Of a stretch of 64,000 bases of DNA, positions 36,153 through 48,068 are shown in pieces. Position 1 is the first letter of the stretch. Each line of letters starts with the position of its first letter. Source of the DNA: Chiloscyllium plagiosum (lineage: Eukaryota); the NCBI RefSeq assembly GCF_004010195.1, contig NC_057750.1, positions 10,690,047-10,754,046 of the forward strand. The letters are read 5' to 3'. A model generated the notes under the pieces. It had not been told where the DNA came from and ran no database searches. It saw nothing but the letters and a program-made list of their open reading frames with translations. The translations under genes and the position numbers were made by a program.

Positions 36153-38309
36153 CTCTGTTCTTTTCTCCACAGATGTTGCCAGACCTCTCTCTCCTTCTGT
36201 CTTTCTCTCTCTCTGGCATCTGCTGTGTGATAGCCCTGGGGGATGATGGTATAGGGCTTGTACCAAACTGGGCTACCTTTACACACAGTCCCAGTGGGAA
36301 TGGAAATATATTTGATTCAGGAGCATGTTAATGCAGCAACTCACAAAATTATTGTGGTTCAGCAGCTTTCGTTGGTGGATACAATTGCTCATTAGGGAGG
36401 ATGATGAGTCACCTTGACTGGCCTTCCCCTGTAAAGTCTCCAAAAAGCATATTGTTCTGGCTAATTTTATAATCAGGTGCACATGTAAAGTCAGTGAGAA
36501 GCTGCCGAACTCGATGCAGATGTGTGATGAACATATCATTCAAATATTCACCTTTCATCCACTCTGGTTCAGGCTTTGCCCCAGGGTGGGCATTCGCTAA
36601 CAGGAAGCCCATGTATCAGGGGTCACTACCAGTTCTGCATTTCTTACACTACAAGGTGAATTCCCAAAAATGAGTGGTTTTTGAGTGCCATGGTCACCCT
36701 GTGGTTATGACTTGTCCTATGCAAATACAGGCTCCATTCTCCTTTAGCGGCTGCACTCCGTGAAGGTCAGGCTAGGTGAAGGAGGTTAGAGCTGTAATTA
36801 CCTTCCAACTGACAGCAGTGTGCCCTCCAGGCCACACAGCAACTCCAAATTTTGGCAATTGCCACTCCAGTTCATTGAATCCCAGTTTCAGAAAATATTG
36901 CCGGGCTGGACCTCATGCCAACTCTCTATGATAAGAACCAGATGTGAGTAATGTGGTCATGAAACATTTAACAGACATTTATTCCAGTTCTGGTACAGTC
37001 ACAGGCATTTCAGTATCTGGGCTAGTATTGAGCAATTCAGTTACAAACAATAGCGCAATTCCATCAGCATGTCATGCTTCAAGTAATCCTGGCCAGGATG
37101 GAGTCTGAGACCTTTACACTGTCAGATTAAATGCTAGAATATGGTGGCTATATTGTGAGCTGCTCTTGTAAAGGTATATTGACATAGTAACAGTGAGACA
37201 TTATGCAATGCATTCTGTCACTTGTTCCCTCACTTTACAGAGGAACGTAAGAGTTAGCCTCTCTTGTCTGCTCTACCATTCAATCAGATCATGCCTGATC
37301 CACTACCTCAATGCCACCTTTCTTGCACTATCTACCAGCACTACATTCACTGATCTTATTCATCAGAGCTTGAACACAAGGGAATTAACTTTGCAATGTG
37401 GAAGCTCAGATTGATTGGGCAGGGTCTAGTCAACCAAACACTTAAACTTATTCCACTGCCTGTGAGTTCATTCCACTTGCCAAATAAAGTTTCAGCTTCA
37501 CTGGGCCCAGTCTTACATCAAAGACTCATGCCTTCAGTAACTTTAATTTGTCTTACACAAGGACACATTTCCAGGTCAGTCATTAACTCAAAAAAAAAGG
37601 AGTAAACATGAAAGAAAGAAAAACATTTTTTTCCCCAATTTACTCATTTTTGCAATGTCTCCATGACTGGCTAACTCGACACTTACTGCCATTCCCTAAT
37701 GCTTTTGAAAAGTTGATGGTGAACCCCTATGGTATAGATAGACCCATAGTGCTGTGGGGAAGTAGGTTCTGGTGGTAGTGAGCTGGGGAATTCAGATATA
37801 TTTCTCCTTCTCCACCTACAATGGGTGTGTCAGGTGAGATTTTGGACTTAAGTCGTTGTAAAGGCCACTCTGTATTCAACATGTGACAGAATATTGTTCT
37901 ATGCCTTCACTGAATGTGAGTGGAACTAGCTACTCATTTATTGCTTATCACTGAAGCCAGTGAGAGCCTCAGGTAGACCTGGGTAAGGAAGAAAAATGAC
38001 AAGCTGCTTTCTAAAGGATACTACTGTGTTCCATATGACAATTTGCATCAATTTGACAGCATTTTATAGCTATTTCTCTGCAGCCAACACACAAATCATT
38101 CAATTATCACTTGAAGGAGATGAAGTCATGAACACTGTCTTTGTTAGCACCTGCCATTAAGTCAGAAGGTTCAAAACACAACAAACATTACTTTTCCGCA
38201 AGGACCTATGACTGAAATTGTTTCCATTAGCTCAGTAGGGCTCACAGCCTTTCAGTTCTGTCCCTTGTCAGTCCATGGTCTTTCAGTCCATGTGATAGGA
38301 CACCCTGTC

Positions 38310-38615
38310 TGCATTGTTTCACTTCCTGCCTGCATTTAGCCACTTCCTGTCTACATTAGTTTACATTATGTTTGTATTAGCCCACTTCCTGTCCATATTG
38401 GCCCACTTTCTGCCCATGTTAGCCCACCCTTCCTGTCCACACTTTCCCACTTCCTGCCAATTTGACCAGGTTTCTGCTCAATTTATCTCACTTCCAGTCT
38501 GTATTGGCCCACTTCCGGCCTGCATTACCCCATTTGCTGCCCATTTGTCTCACTATTGGCCCATGTCCTGTCCATTTTAGCCCATTTTCTCCCATTGTTG
38601 GCTCTCTTCCTGTCT
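38310..38615 (+). repeat. Degenerate 21-nt minisatellite containing CACTTCCTG
   Basis: CACTTCC at 38320, 38341, 38383, 38448, 38489 and 38510, with degenerate units between them. Confidence 0.85.
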
Positions 38616-39294
38616 TTATTGTCTATTGTCTATTCTAATGAAAAAGCAAAAGAATTCCCCAATGGTCCATGGGTCTTCATTGATCGGCTCACACCCAATC
38701 TCAAAGTGTAATGTTGATTCCTCCTCAATATCCCTGCTTCACCACCAACACCCTTTATTCCATTCGATCCCAAACCTTCAGAGAAAAATAACATGATATC
38801 TGGTTGATGTAGGCCATGCAACATTCCTCAACATTTCCCTCTTTGTTTTGCAACAACAAGTGTCCCTCCTAGAATTTTCATCCTGGTTGGCCTTGAGATT
38901 CTGTGAGTTACAACAATCCAATAAATAGTTGGCTAGTTACCATCTCCGGTCTGTGATTTTGGCTTTCTGGTACCCTATATGGAGAGTGAAGGACAAGTTC
39001 AATGGTTAACATTGTTTGCTGGTTGCAACTTCAAGAGTAAGGCCAGGTCCTGTTACTCAGTTTCTTAGCTACAGACATCCTCCTGTATGAAGTAAAATGA
39101 TTAAAACTGTACCACTTCATCAAAGTCTGACTCAATTCTTAGCCTGTCAATGGTTCCAAACCCTATTTTATCAGAAATAAATTCCAATTTACTTGTCTCT
39201 TCCTCTGTTTTTGTGAAGAACATTACTTTGGGAATGTAGAAAAACTTTATAATCAAAGCAACCACTGTCAGTATTAACCATTTTCCAGAACAAG

Positions 39295-39633
39295 AACTGC
39301 TCTGTATTAGGTATACAGAAACACCCCCTGTTATTCTTTTAAAATTAAAGCTCCCTTTACAGTTTTAAACAGAAAGTAAAGCTCTCTTGACATTGTCCCC
39401 ATCAAACACTCCCAGGACGGGGATAGCATGGGTTTAAATACAGAATAAAGGTCCCTCTACTCTTTAAACTAAAAGTAAATTAAAAGTAAAGAGCTCTCTC
39501 CTCTTTTAAAATGAAATGAATGCCTCCGCGACACTGGACCCATCAAATACTACCAGAACAGGTACCGCACTGGGTTAGATTTAGAGTAAAGACACCTCTA
39601 CTCTTTTAAACTGAAGATAAATCTCCCTTGGGA
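39295..39633 (+). repeat. Degenerate ~70-nt satellite-like repeat (acactgtccccatcaaacactcccaggacag...agagtaaagctc), left part
   Basis: Repeated units that resume at 41040-41190 after the CR1 insertion. Confidence 0.8.
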
Positions 39634-41039
39634 TATGGAAGATATAGACTGTAGGGAAATAGATGGTGACATCTTGCAAAATGTCCAGATGACAGAGGAG
39701 AAAGTGCTGTATGCCTTGAAACGGTTAAAAGTAGATATATCCCCAGGACCTGATCAGGTGTACCCAAGAACTCTGTGGGAAGCAAGAGAAGTGATTGCTG
39801 GGCCTCTTGCTGAGATATTTGTATCATCGATAGTCACAGGTGAGGTGCTGGAAGACTGGAGGTTGGCAAACGTGGTGCCACTGTTTAAGAAGGGTGGTAA
39901 AGACAAATCAGGGAACTATAGACCGATGAGCCTGACCTCGGTGGTGGGCAAGTTGTTGGAGGGAATCCTGAGGGCAGGATGCACATGTATTTGGAAAGGC
40001 TAGGACTGATTCGGGATAGTCAACATAGCTTTGTGCATGGGAAATCATGCCTCACAAACTTGATTGAGTTTTTGAAGAAGTAACAAAGAAGATTGATGAG
40101 GGCAGAGCAGTAGATGTGATCTATATAGACTTCAGTAAGACGTTCAACAAGGTTCCCCATGGGAGACTGATTAGCAAAGTTATATCTCATGGAATACAGG
40201 GAGAACTAGCCATTTGGATACATAACTGGCTCAAAGGTAGAAGACAGAGGGTGGTGGTGGAGGGTTGTTTCACGGACTGTAGGCCCGTTACCAGTGGTGT
40301 GCCACAAAGATTGGTGCTGGGTCCACTGTGTTCATCATTGACATAAATGGTTTGGGGATGAATACATGAGGTACGGTTAGCAAGTTCATATTTGACACCA
40401 AAAATGAAGGTGCAGTGGACAGAGAAAACGATTACTACAGCGTACAACGGGATCTTGGTCAGATGGACCAATGGGCTGAGGAGTGGCAGATGGAGTTTAA
40501 TTGAGATAAATGTGAAGTGCTGCATTTTGGAAAGGAAAGTCAAGGCTTGGCTTATACATCTAATATTAAGTCCCTGGGGAATGTTGCTAAACAAAGTGAT
40601 CTTGGAGTGCAGGTTCATATTACTTAGAAAGTGGAGTCGCAGGCATATAAAATAGTGAAGAAGGTATTTGATATGATTGTCGTTGTTGGGCAGTGCAATA
40701 GGATAAATAGACAAAGTCTTTTCCCTGGGGTCGGGGAGTCCAGAACTAGAGGGCATAGGTTTAGGGTGAGAGGGGAAAGATATAAAAGAGACCTAAGGGG
40801 CAACTTTTTCACGCAGAGGGTGGTACATGTATGGAATGAGCTGCCAGAGGATGTGGTGGAGGCTGGTACAATTGCAACATTTAAAAGGCATTTGGATGGG
40901 TATATGAATAGGAAGGGCTTGGAAGGATATGGGCCGGGTGCTGGCAGATGGAACTAGATTGGGTTGGGATATCTGGTCGGCATGGATGGGGTTGGACCGA
41001 AGGGTCTGGTTCCATGCTGTACATCTCTATGACTCTATG
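39634..41039 (+). mobile_element. 5'-truncated CR1/HER1 LINE (RT to 3' end), internally deleted
   Basis: SPGPDQVYPRTLWE, NYRPMSLTSVVGKLLE, IYIDFSKTFNKVPH, SGVPQ..VLGP, and a CTATGACT tail. Confidence 0.95.
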
Positions 41040-41190
41040 ACACTGTCCCCATCATACACTCCCAGGACAGAGACAGCATTGGGTTAGAAATAAAGCTCTC
41101 TGTATTCGTTGACCTGAAAGTAAAGCTGTCTCTATACTGGTCCTGTTAAACACTCCCAGGACAGGGTCAGCACGGGGCTCGAAACAGATT
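41040..41190 (+). repeat. Satellite-like repeat, right part
   Basis: cactgtccccatcatacactcccaggacag units. Confidence 0.8.
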
Positions 41191-42144
41191 AACACTTGAA
41201 TCTGTATGTTTAATGATGTGTGGGTGGACATTCCAGGTTGTTACCATTGTGTTTTTCTTGATGTCAGTTTCTGCAGTTTTCCCCTCACCTCCCAAAATTC
41301 TGATTCCCAGTTTGAGTGTTCCCTCCTGGGACACAGCAGCATGAGCTGGAAGGCGGCAGGGAGATGAAAGCAGTGGTGGGGGTGTGTGAATCTGTTCCTA
41401 CTGCCTGAAGGGAGAGGTTCTGGCACAAGCTGAGCTCCCTGAGGATTAACAAGGTTAAGACTGCAGCCCATGTAAGTGGACGGCCCTTTCTTGGCAAACT
41501 GTGGGCTGAGACTGACTAAGTTTTCACATGAGTTGGAGGGAAACAAGCTGGACAAATCCATGCTGGAGTGCTGTCTACAGCTCAGTGCTCCCTGTATGTA
41601 AACAAGCTGGTCTCTCATCAAGAAAACTCTTCTTTTATTCATTCATAGGATGTTGCTGTCGCTGGTTGGGCAAGCATTTATTGCCCATCCCTAGCTATCC
41701 TGGAGAAAGTTGAGGGTGTTCCCTGCTTGAACTGCTCCAGTTGTGTGCTACAGGTAAACCCTTAATGTCATTAAAAAGGGAATTCCAGTATTTTGAGTCA
41801 GCAAACGGGAAGGGATGGTGATATATTTCTCAGTCAGGATGGTGTTTGACTTGAAATGAAACGTGTGGTGGTTTACTTGCTACCTTCTATAGGATTGCAA
41901 AATGAGAGTAAGGTAAAATAGGACTGATCAAATGGCCCTTTCAATGAGCTAGCACAGGAATGATGGGCTCAATGGTCATCTTCTGTGCTGTCCCATCCAA
42001 AAATTATGACCAACACTGTTTGCAATGTCGGCACTGAACTGACTCAGGAGAAAGTGAGGACTGCAGATGCTGGAGATCAGAGCTTAAAAATGTGTTGCTG
42101 AAAAAGCGCAGCAGGTCATGCAGCATCAAAGGAATAGGAGAATC

Positions 42145-42172
42145 GACGTTTCAGGCATTAGCCCTTCTTCAG
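42145..42172 (-). ncRNA. Minimal hammerhead ribozyme motif
   Basis: Minus strand CTGAAGA-a-gggc-taat-gcct-GAAA-CGTC. Confidence 0.68.
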
Positions 42173-42188
42173 GAAGGGCTTCTTCAGC

Positions 42189-42216
42189 CTGAAGAAGGGC
42201 TTATGCCTGAAACGTC
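42189..42216 (+). ncRNA. Minimal hammerhead ribozyme motif
   Basis: CTGAAGA-a-gggc-ttat-gcct-GAAA-CGTC. Confidence 0.68.
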
Positions 42217-42757
42217 GATTCTCCTATTCCTTTGATGCTGCCTGACCTGCTGCGCTTTTCCAGCAACACATTTTTAAGCACTGAACTGACTCATGCTGCT
42301 TCCTGACTTGAATGATGTACAGGGAGGCCCAGGAACTGCAACTTGCACCTCCTAAATCAACTGGCACCTCCTAAAAGTTAGATTTGATCAAGGGACATAA
42401 AATCAAGTGATGTCTGGACAGTGGAAATGAGGAGGAACTGCTTCCACTGCTCGAAGGTTTGAAAAGTATAGGGCATTGATTGAAGTCGATTGGGAAATAA
42501 TGTGAGGGAAATCACGGTCAGTCAGTGAGTGGTTAGGATGTGGCAGGCACTCCCTGAGAGTGATGGAGGTAGGCTCAATCGGGTCCTCCGAAAGGGGGGT
42601 GGATTGTTCTCTAAGGAGGAATGATTTTGCAATGGGGTGATAGCAGGACTGGATAAGTTTCCCTCACAGGAAGGCAGACCAGACACTGAATGGCCTCCTT
42701 CTGTGCTGTAACCCTTCCATCACAGGAAGGTTGTGCCGGAAACCTGACTCAAGAAAG

Positions 42758-42952
42758 TTAAAAATCACACAACACCAGGTTGTAGTCCAACAGATTTAAT
42801 TGGAAACACTAGCTTTCGGAGCGCTGCTCCTTCATCAGGTGGAGCAGTGCTCCGGAAACTAGTACTTCCAATTAAACCTGTTGGACTATAACCTGGTGTT
42901 GTGTGATTTTTAACTTTGTCCACCCCACTTCAACACCAGCATCTCCGAATCA
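42758..42952. mobile_element. Palindromic Penelope-derived element (family B)
   Basis: Arms ttaaaaatcacacaacaccagg / cctggtgttgtgtgatttttaa; TSD tgactcaagaaag at 42745-42757 and 42953-42965. Confidence 0.88.
42810..42838 (-). ncRNA. Minimal hammerhead ribozyme motif (family B)
   Basis: Minus strand cac-CTGATGA-a-ggagc-agc-gctcc-GAAA-GC-TA-gtg, with a 3-bp stem I. Confidence 0.75.
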
Positions 42953-44864
42953 TGACTCAAGAAAGAGTGATGCCTTGTTCAACGTGGGAGAGGGCAGGCT
43001 CCAAGGCTTTTCCAACACTGCATTGGAGTCTTTGGCCAAGGTGATGGTAAGTGGGATAGGGATTCTGCATACACGCAAGGCACCCTCTAGATGCATCCTG
43101 AAAAGGCAATGAAAGCAGATACTCATTATGGTTGGCATCTAGAGTCAAGTGCCGAAGACCCGGATGTAGTACTGCAAGAAATGTAATGACTTCAAGCAAT
43201 GCATCAAGATCAGTGAATTCACTTTTCAGCTCCTTATCCCACCAACTGTCCTGCTAACACTTCTCAAAGCATCAACCCCAGCTCACCAACACACTGACAA
43301 TCTGTGTCTTAAAGTGAACATTAATGTTCGTCTCTGTGCCCTCTGACTGCTGCCAATTCCCGCATCCACAAATCCCCCGGCAATCACACACTGCCAGATT
43401 GGAAAGTGGATTTCTGTAGTGGATGGTACACAATGCTGTTGGTGGAGGGAGTGAATACTACAGGTGTTGGATAGGACATTGACCCAGCTTCTCTCTGTGT
43501 CCTTCATACTGGTCTTCCAGCATAGGGAGCCTGCCAACCATCATTAATTGGGTAGTGAGACATGCCATCTGGCCCAATAATTGGCAATTTCTTGCAAACT
43601 TGTCTCTGGTGACTGTTTCTGACACAGTCAGGTGATGGACTGACATTTGGTTCTTGCATCGGAATACCGACCTCTAAACGGAAAAAATCCTGCCCTTCAA
43701 TTTTCAAAGGAGGTGTTAAACCCAAAGTTTATGCCTGCCCTCTTGAGTTGATGTAACTGGTTCCACAACTCAATTAGAAAAAGAGGAGACAAGGGTTTCT
43801 CTCAGCTGTCCTGCTTGGCAAAGATTACTGAAAAACAGATGGCCTGGCCATTGTTGTTTTTGGGATCTGCTATTTGGCCCCAATCCAATTACGCTCTTTT
43901 TTCATTGCTTCTTCCTCTGTTGTGATATTGCCTGGCAGTCTGCTCTTTCCCCCAGATGCAACCTGAAGCTTTAGGTTTAACCCCAATGAGCTCTTCAAAA
44001 AAAAACACTCAGACTTGAGATGGATCAGACACCTTCCAGCATGTTCCAAAACAAATTACAGTTTGTTTTTTATATTCACAACTGCCAAACACATCTTAAC
44101 ATCACAAACACGACTGTCACAGAATCTTAACCTAATTCAATTCAGATCTGTTCTTTAATCCCTTGCTCAGTCTTGCTCAGGCATGACATTCACTTGTTTG
44201 CCAATGGTTAACATATGGTCTGACTATTTCATTTAAATTTACAAGGAAGATAGCAGAACTGAGAGGCGTTTTTCATTCATTTGTGGGATGTGGGTGTCAT
44301 TGGCTGGGCCACTTGCCTCTTGAGAAGGTGGTGGTGAGCCGCCTTAATTAACCGCTGCTGTCCTTGGAGACATGAGGGAGGGAATTCCAGGATTTTGACC
44401 CAGCGACATGTACAAGCGGTGATATATTTCCAAATCAGGATGATGAATGACTTGAAGCAGAACTTGCAGGGGGTGGTGTTCCCATGCATCTGCTGCACTT
44501 GCCCTTCTAGATGGTAGGGGCATAGGTTTGGAAGGTGCTGTCTAAGAAGCCTCAGTGGTGGCATCTTGTTGACGGTAAACACTGCCGACACTGAGCATTG
44601 GTGCTGAAGGGTGTGAATAGTTTAGGTTTGAACTATTAGGGAAAAGAAGGCTGATCCAATCAAAGTTTCTGAGATTACAATATGTTTTAGACTTTAAGAA
44701 GAAGCTGTCACTTGTGGGAGCACCAGAACAATAGGAAACAAATATCAGATAGTTGGTTTGTGTTTCCTTGAGGTTGGAAACATGATGTTCTATTCTGCAA
44801 ATTGAAGAGATAGCTATCCTTGTTTCTCCAGTAAACCTCAGCAAGGTTTACCACCTCCTGCTGG

Positions 44865-45330
44865 ATGACTTGCCAGGGTTGGAGGGCTTGAGCTATAGGG
44901 AGAGGCTGAATAGGCTGGGGTTATTTTCCCTGGAACGTTGGAGGCTGAGGGGTAACGCTATATAGGTTTATAAACTCATGAGGGGCATGGATACAGGGAA
45001 TAGCCATCTTTTTCCTGTGGGTAGGGGAGTCCAAAACCAGAGGATGTAGGTTTAAGGTGAGGGGAGAAAGATTTAAAAGGGACCTAGAGAGAACTTTTTC
45101 ATGCAGAGGGTGGGGCATGTATGGAATGAGCTGGTAGAGGAAGTGATGGAGGCTGGTACAATTACAACATTTAAAAGGCATCTAGATGGGTATATGGATA
45201 GAAAGGGGTTGAGAGGGATATTGGCCAAATGCTGGCAATCAGACTAGATTAATTCAGGATATCTGGTTGGCAAGAACGAATTGGAATGAAGGGTCTGTTA
45301 CTGTGCTGTACAATTCTAAGACTTTATGAC
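44865..45330 (+). mobile_element. CR1/HER1 3' fragment
   Basis: Co-linear with 34950-35410. Confidence 0.9.
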
Positions 45331-46293
45331 TGTCTAACCTCTTATTATGGCCTTAGAATGCCTGTGGACACAATTAATCTTTAACTGCAACACATGCTTT
45401 TGAAGAAAAAGGAGAAACATCTAAAATCTGACTGGGGATGCACATTCAACGTCTGCCTGGAGAGGGATTCTAGATTGTCACACCTGGATAGAGTCAGGGA
45501 AGCTTCAAACAGGAAGAATACTGACTATACTCTTGAGCCCATCTCAACAAGAAGCCATCTCCTGCAGAAATGGTGGAGATTGAGCCAAAATTGGACAATC
45601 TCATCATCCCAGCAATCAGTCCAGTTAATATCTGCTGCACTCCCTCTTGAAGAAAGGAGACCAAAACTGCACACAACATTCCAGGTTCAGTCTCACCAGG
45701 CTGTCTACATTTTTTAAGCAAGACATGGTTACTCAAAACTCTTTGCGATAAAGGCCTTGTGGGAGAGTCTAGAACCAATGGCGTTCACAAATAAGGGGTC
45801 TCCCACTTAAGACAGACATGAGAATTATTTTTAACTCCCAGAGGGTCATGAGTCTTTGGAATTCTCTTTCCCAGGGAATGGTGGAGGCCAGGTCACTTAA
45901 GGCTAATTAGGTAGATTCTTGACTGACAAACGGAGTCATAGGATATGGGAGATCGACAGAAAAGTGAAGGTGAGGCCACAATCAGATTAGCTCTTGTCAA
46001 TTGGCGAAGCAGGTTCAAAGACCTATCCCTTCTCCTAATTTGTGCACTCCTACCTCGAGAGAGCAAAGGACCTGGGATTATTTGGAAGCTCTAACAAACA
46101 GTTGACAGAAGGATGATGGGCCAAATAGCCTCCTTAATATAGCACCACAGAAAATAGGAGTAGGAGTAGGCCATTTGGCCATTTGAGCCTGCTCTGTTGT
46201 GTAATATGGCTGATCATCCAACTCAGTCCGCTGTTCCTGCTTTCTCCCCATATCCTTCGATTCCTTTAGCCCTAAGAATAATATCTAACTCCC

Positions 46294-47100
46294 TTTTTGA
46301 TTTATTTATTATCATGGGTATTTATTACAAATATGGTGAAAAGTGTTGTTTGGTGTTGCCACTCTCCGTCACCATCTTAAAACTTAGAAAACAAACCAAA
46401 ACACAGAATATAGAGCCAGAAAAGTAAAACAAAGAAGGTCCTCTTAAAGTCTTATCTCAATAAAGTTACATGGAGCAGCTCCTCCTTCTAGCTTAGCCTT
46501 GGACCTTGATCTCCTCCACCCTGTGCCTCGAATCTATGCTGCTAAACCAATGACACCTCTGCTGCTGGAACAAAGAGTCGCCACTCTCTGGTGCCATGCG
46601 TTCATGCTGGGCAAACCTCGTTGATGGAGCCACCACCGATGCTACAGGGTCCTGCACTAGGATCAAATTCAGTGGTCACTGCCTCTACCATCAGGAGCCC
46701 AGGCCTAGCTACTGACCTGGAGGCTGGGCTCAGCCTGTGAGTCTGCACTGGGGGATTAAAGCCTTGGAGCTACTCCTCGCTTGCCGGGAGACATCAGGCT
46801 GGGCTGGAGCCTCGTCCTCCTTGTCCTGGTATTGCTACCACCGCCATTGGACCCTCCTTCTTCAATGTTCACTTGGCCTCCCCACCCTGGGCCTGCGCCG
46901 CCATCTTCGTCTGCTATCCCACGCAGGGCCCGGTCTCGCTGTTGCCATTGCAACCGAGGTGAAAAGGTAAGAGAAAGGACTTTAAAGAGAAAAGGAAAAA
47001 GAAAACAAAAGTAAAAAGGAAAGGGAAAGCAGACAGAAGTGGATGGGCTTCAGGCTCAGCAACCTGAACACTGTTACTCTGCCACTACCACCATCTTGGA
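46294..47100 (-). mobile_element. Putative non-autonomous non-LTR element
   Basis: Minus strand starts CCAAGATGG, has a pyrimidine tract and a GC-rich non-coding middle, and ends ttttcacc...tgataataaataaatcaaaaa. Confidence 0.55.
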
Positions 47101-47214
47101 ATTGGAGAAACCCTGCAGCTGCCGCTCCATTCATTGCAAACCCAGGACCTGAACCCTGTTATTGTTGTGGAGCTCCTGGCTTCGAGGACCTACAATTGCT
47201 ATATCATTGCACAA

Positions 47215-47424
47215 GGAGAAAGTGAGGTCTGCAGATGCTGGAGATCAGAGCTGGAAATGTGTTGCTGGAAAAGCGCAGCAGGTCAGGCAGCATCCAGGGA
47301 ACAGGAGAATCGATGTTTCGGGCATAAGCCCTTCTTCCTGAAGAAGGGCTTATGCCCGAAACGTCGATTCTCCTGTTCCCTGGATGCTGCCTGACCTGCT
47401 GCGCTTTTCCAGCAACACATTTCC
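47215..47424. mobile_element. Palindromic Penelope-derived element (family A)
   Basis: Near-perfect ~85 bp arms; TSD atatcattgcacaa at 47201-47214 and 47425-47438. Confidence 0.9.
47338..47365 (+). ncRNA. Minimal hammerhead ribozyme motif
   Basis: CTGAAGA-a-gggc-ttat-gccc-GAAA-CG-TC, with a fully paired stem II. Confidence 0.72.
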
Positions 47425-47451
47425 ATATCATTGCACAAGTCAAATTTTTTT

Positions 47452-47753
47452 TTAGATTAGATTCCCTACAGTGCCTTTGGCCCAACAAGTCCACACCGAC
47501 CCTCCGAAGAGCAACCCATCCAGATCAATTCCCCTACATTCACCTGTGACTAATGCACCTAACATTACGGGAAATTTAGCATGGCCAATTCACCTAACCT
47601 GCACATCTTTGGACTGTGGGAGGAAACCGGAGCACCCGGAGGAAACTCATGCAGATACAGAGAGAGCATGCAAACTCCACACAGACAGTTGCCCGAGGCG
47701 GGAATTGAGCACTGTGAGGCAGCAGTGCTAACCACTGAACCACCGTGCCACCC
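47452..47753 (-). mobile_element. HE1 SINE
   Basis: Reverse-complement copy with ttagattagatt tail. Confidence 0.92.
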
Positions 47754-47760
47754 AAATATC

Positions 47761-48068
47761 CAGATTAGATTCTACACAGTATGGAAACCAGCCCTTCAGC
47801 CCAATAAACCCACACCAACCCTCTGAAGAGTAACCCACCCAGATCCATTCTCCTATCCTATATTTGCCTCTGACTAATGCACCTATCACTGTGGGCAATT
47901 TAGCATGGCCAATTCACCTAACCTGCACATCTTTGGATTGCAGGAGGAAACCACACAGACACAAGGAGAATGTCCAAACTCCACACAGACAGTCGCCTGA
48001 GGCAGGAATCAAACCCAGGTCCCTGACACTGTAAGGCAGCTGCGCTAACCACTGAGCCACTGTACCAC
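47761..48068 (-). mobile_element. HE1 SINE, tandem to the previous copy
   Basis: Second reverse-complement copy. Confidence 0.92.

Larger units (their letters stand above)
42047..42277. mobile_element. Palindromic Penelope-derived element (family A) with hammerhead cores on both strands
   Basis: ~95 bp inverted arms; TSD gcactgaactgactca at 42031-42046 and 42278-42293. Confidence 0.9.

Noticed and set aside
36230..36660. Unique-looking ORFs (e.g. MGFLLANAHPG...)
   Set aside because: No recognisable domain or convincing splice signals.
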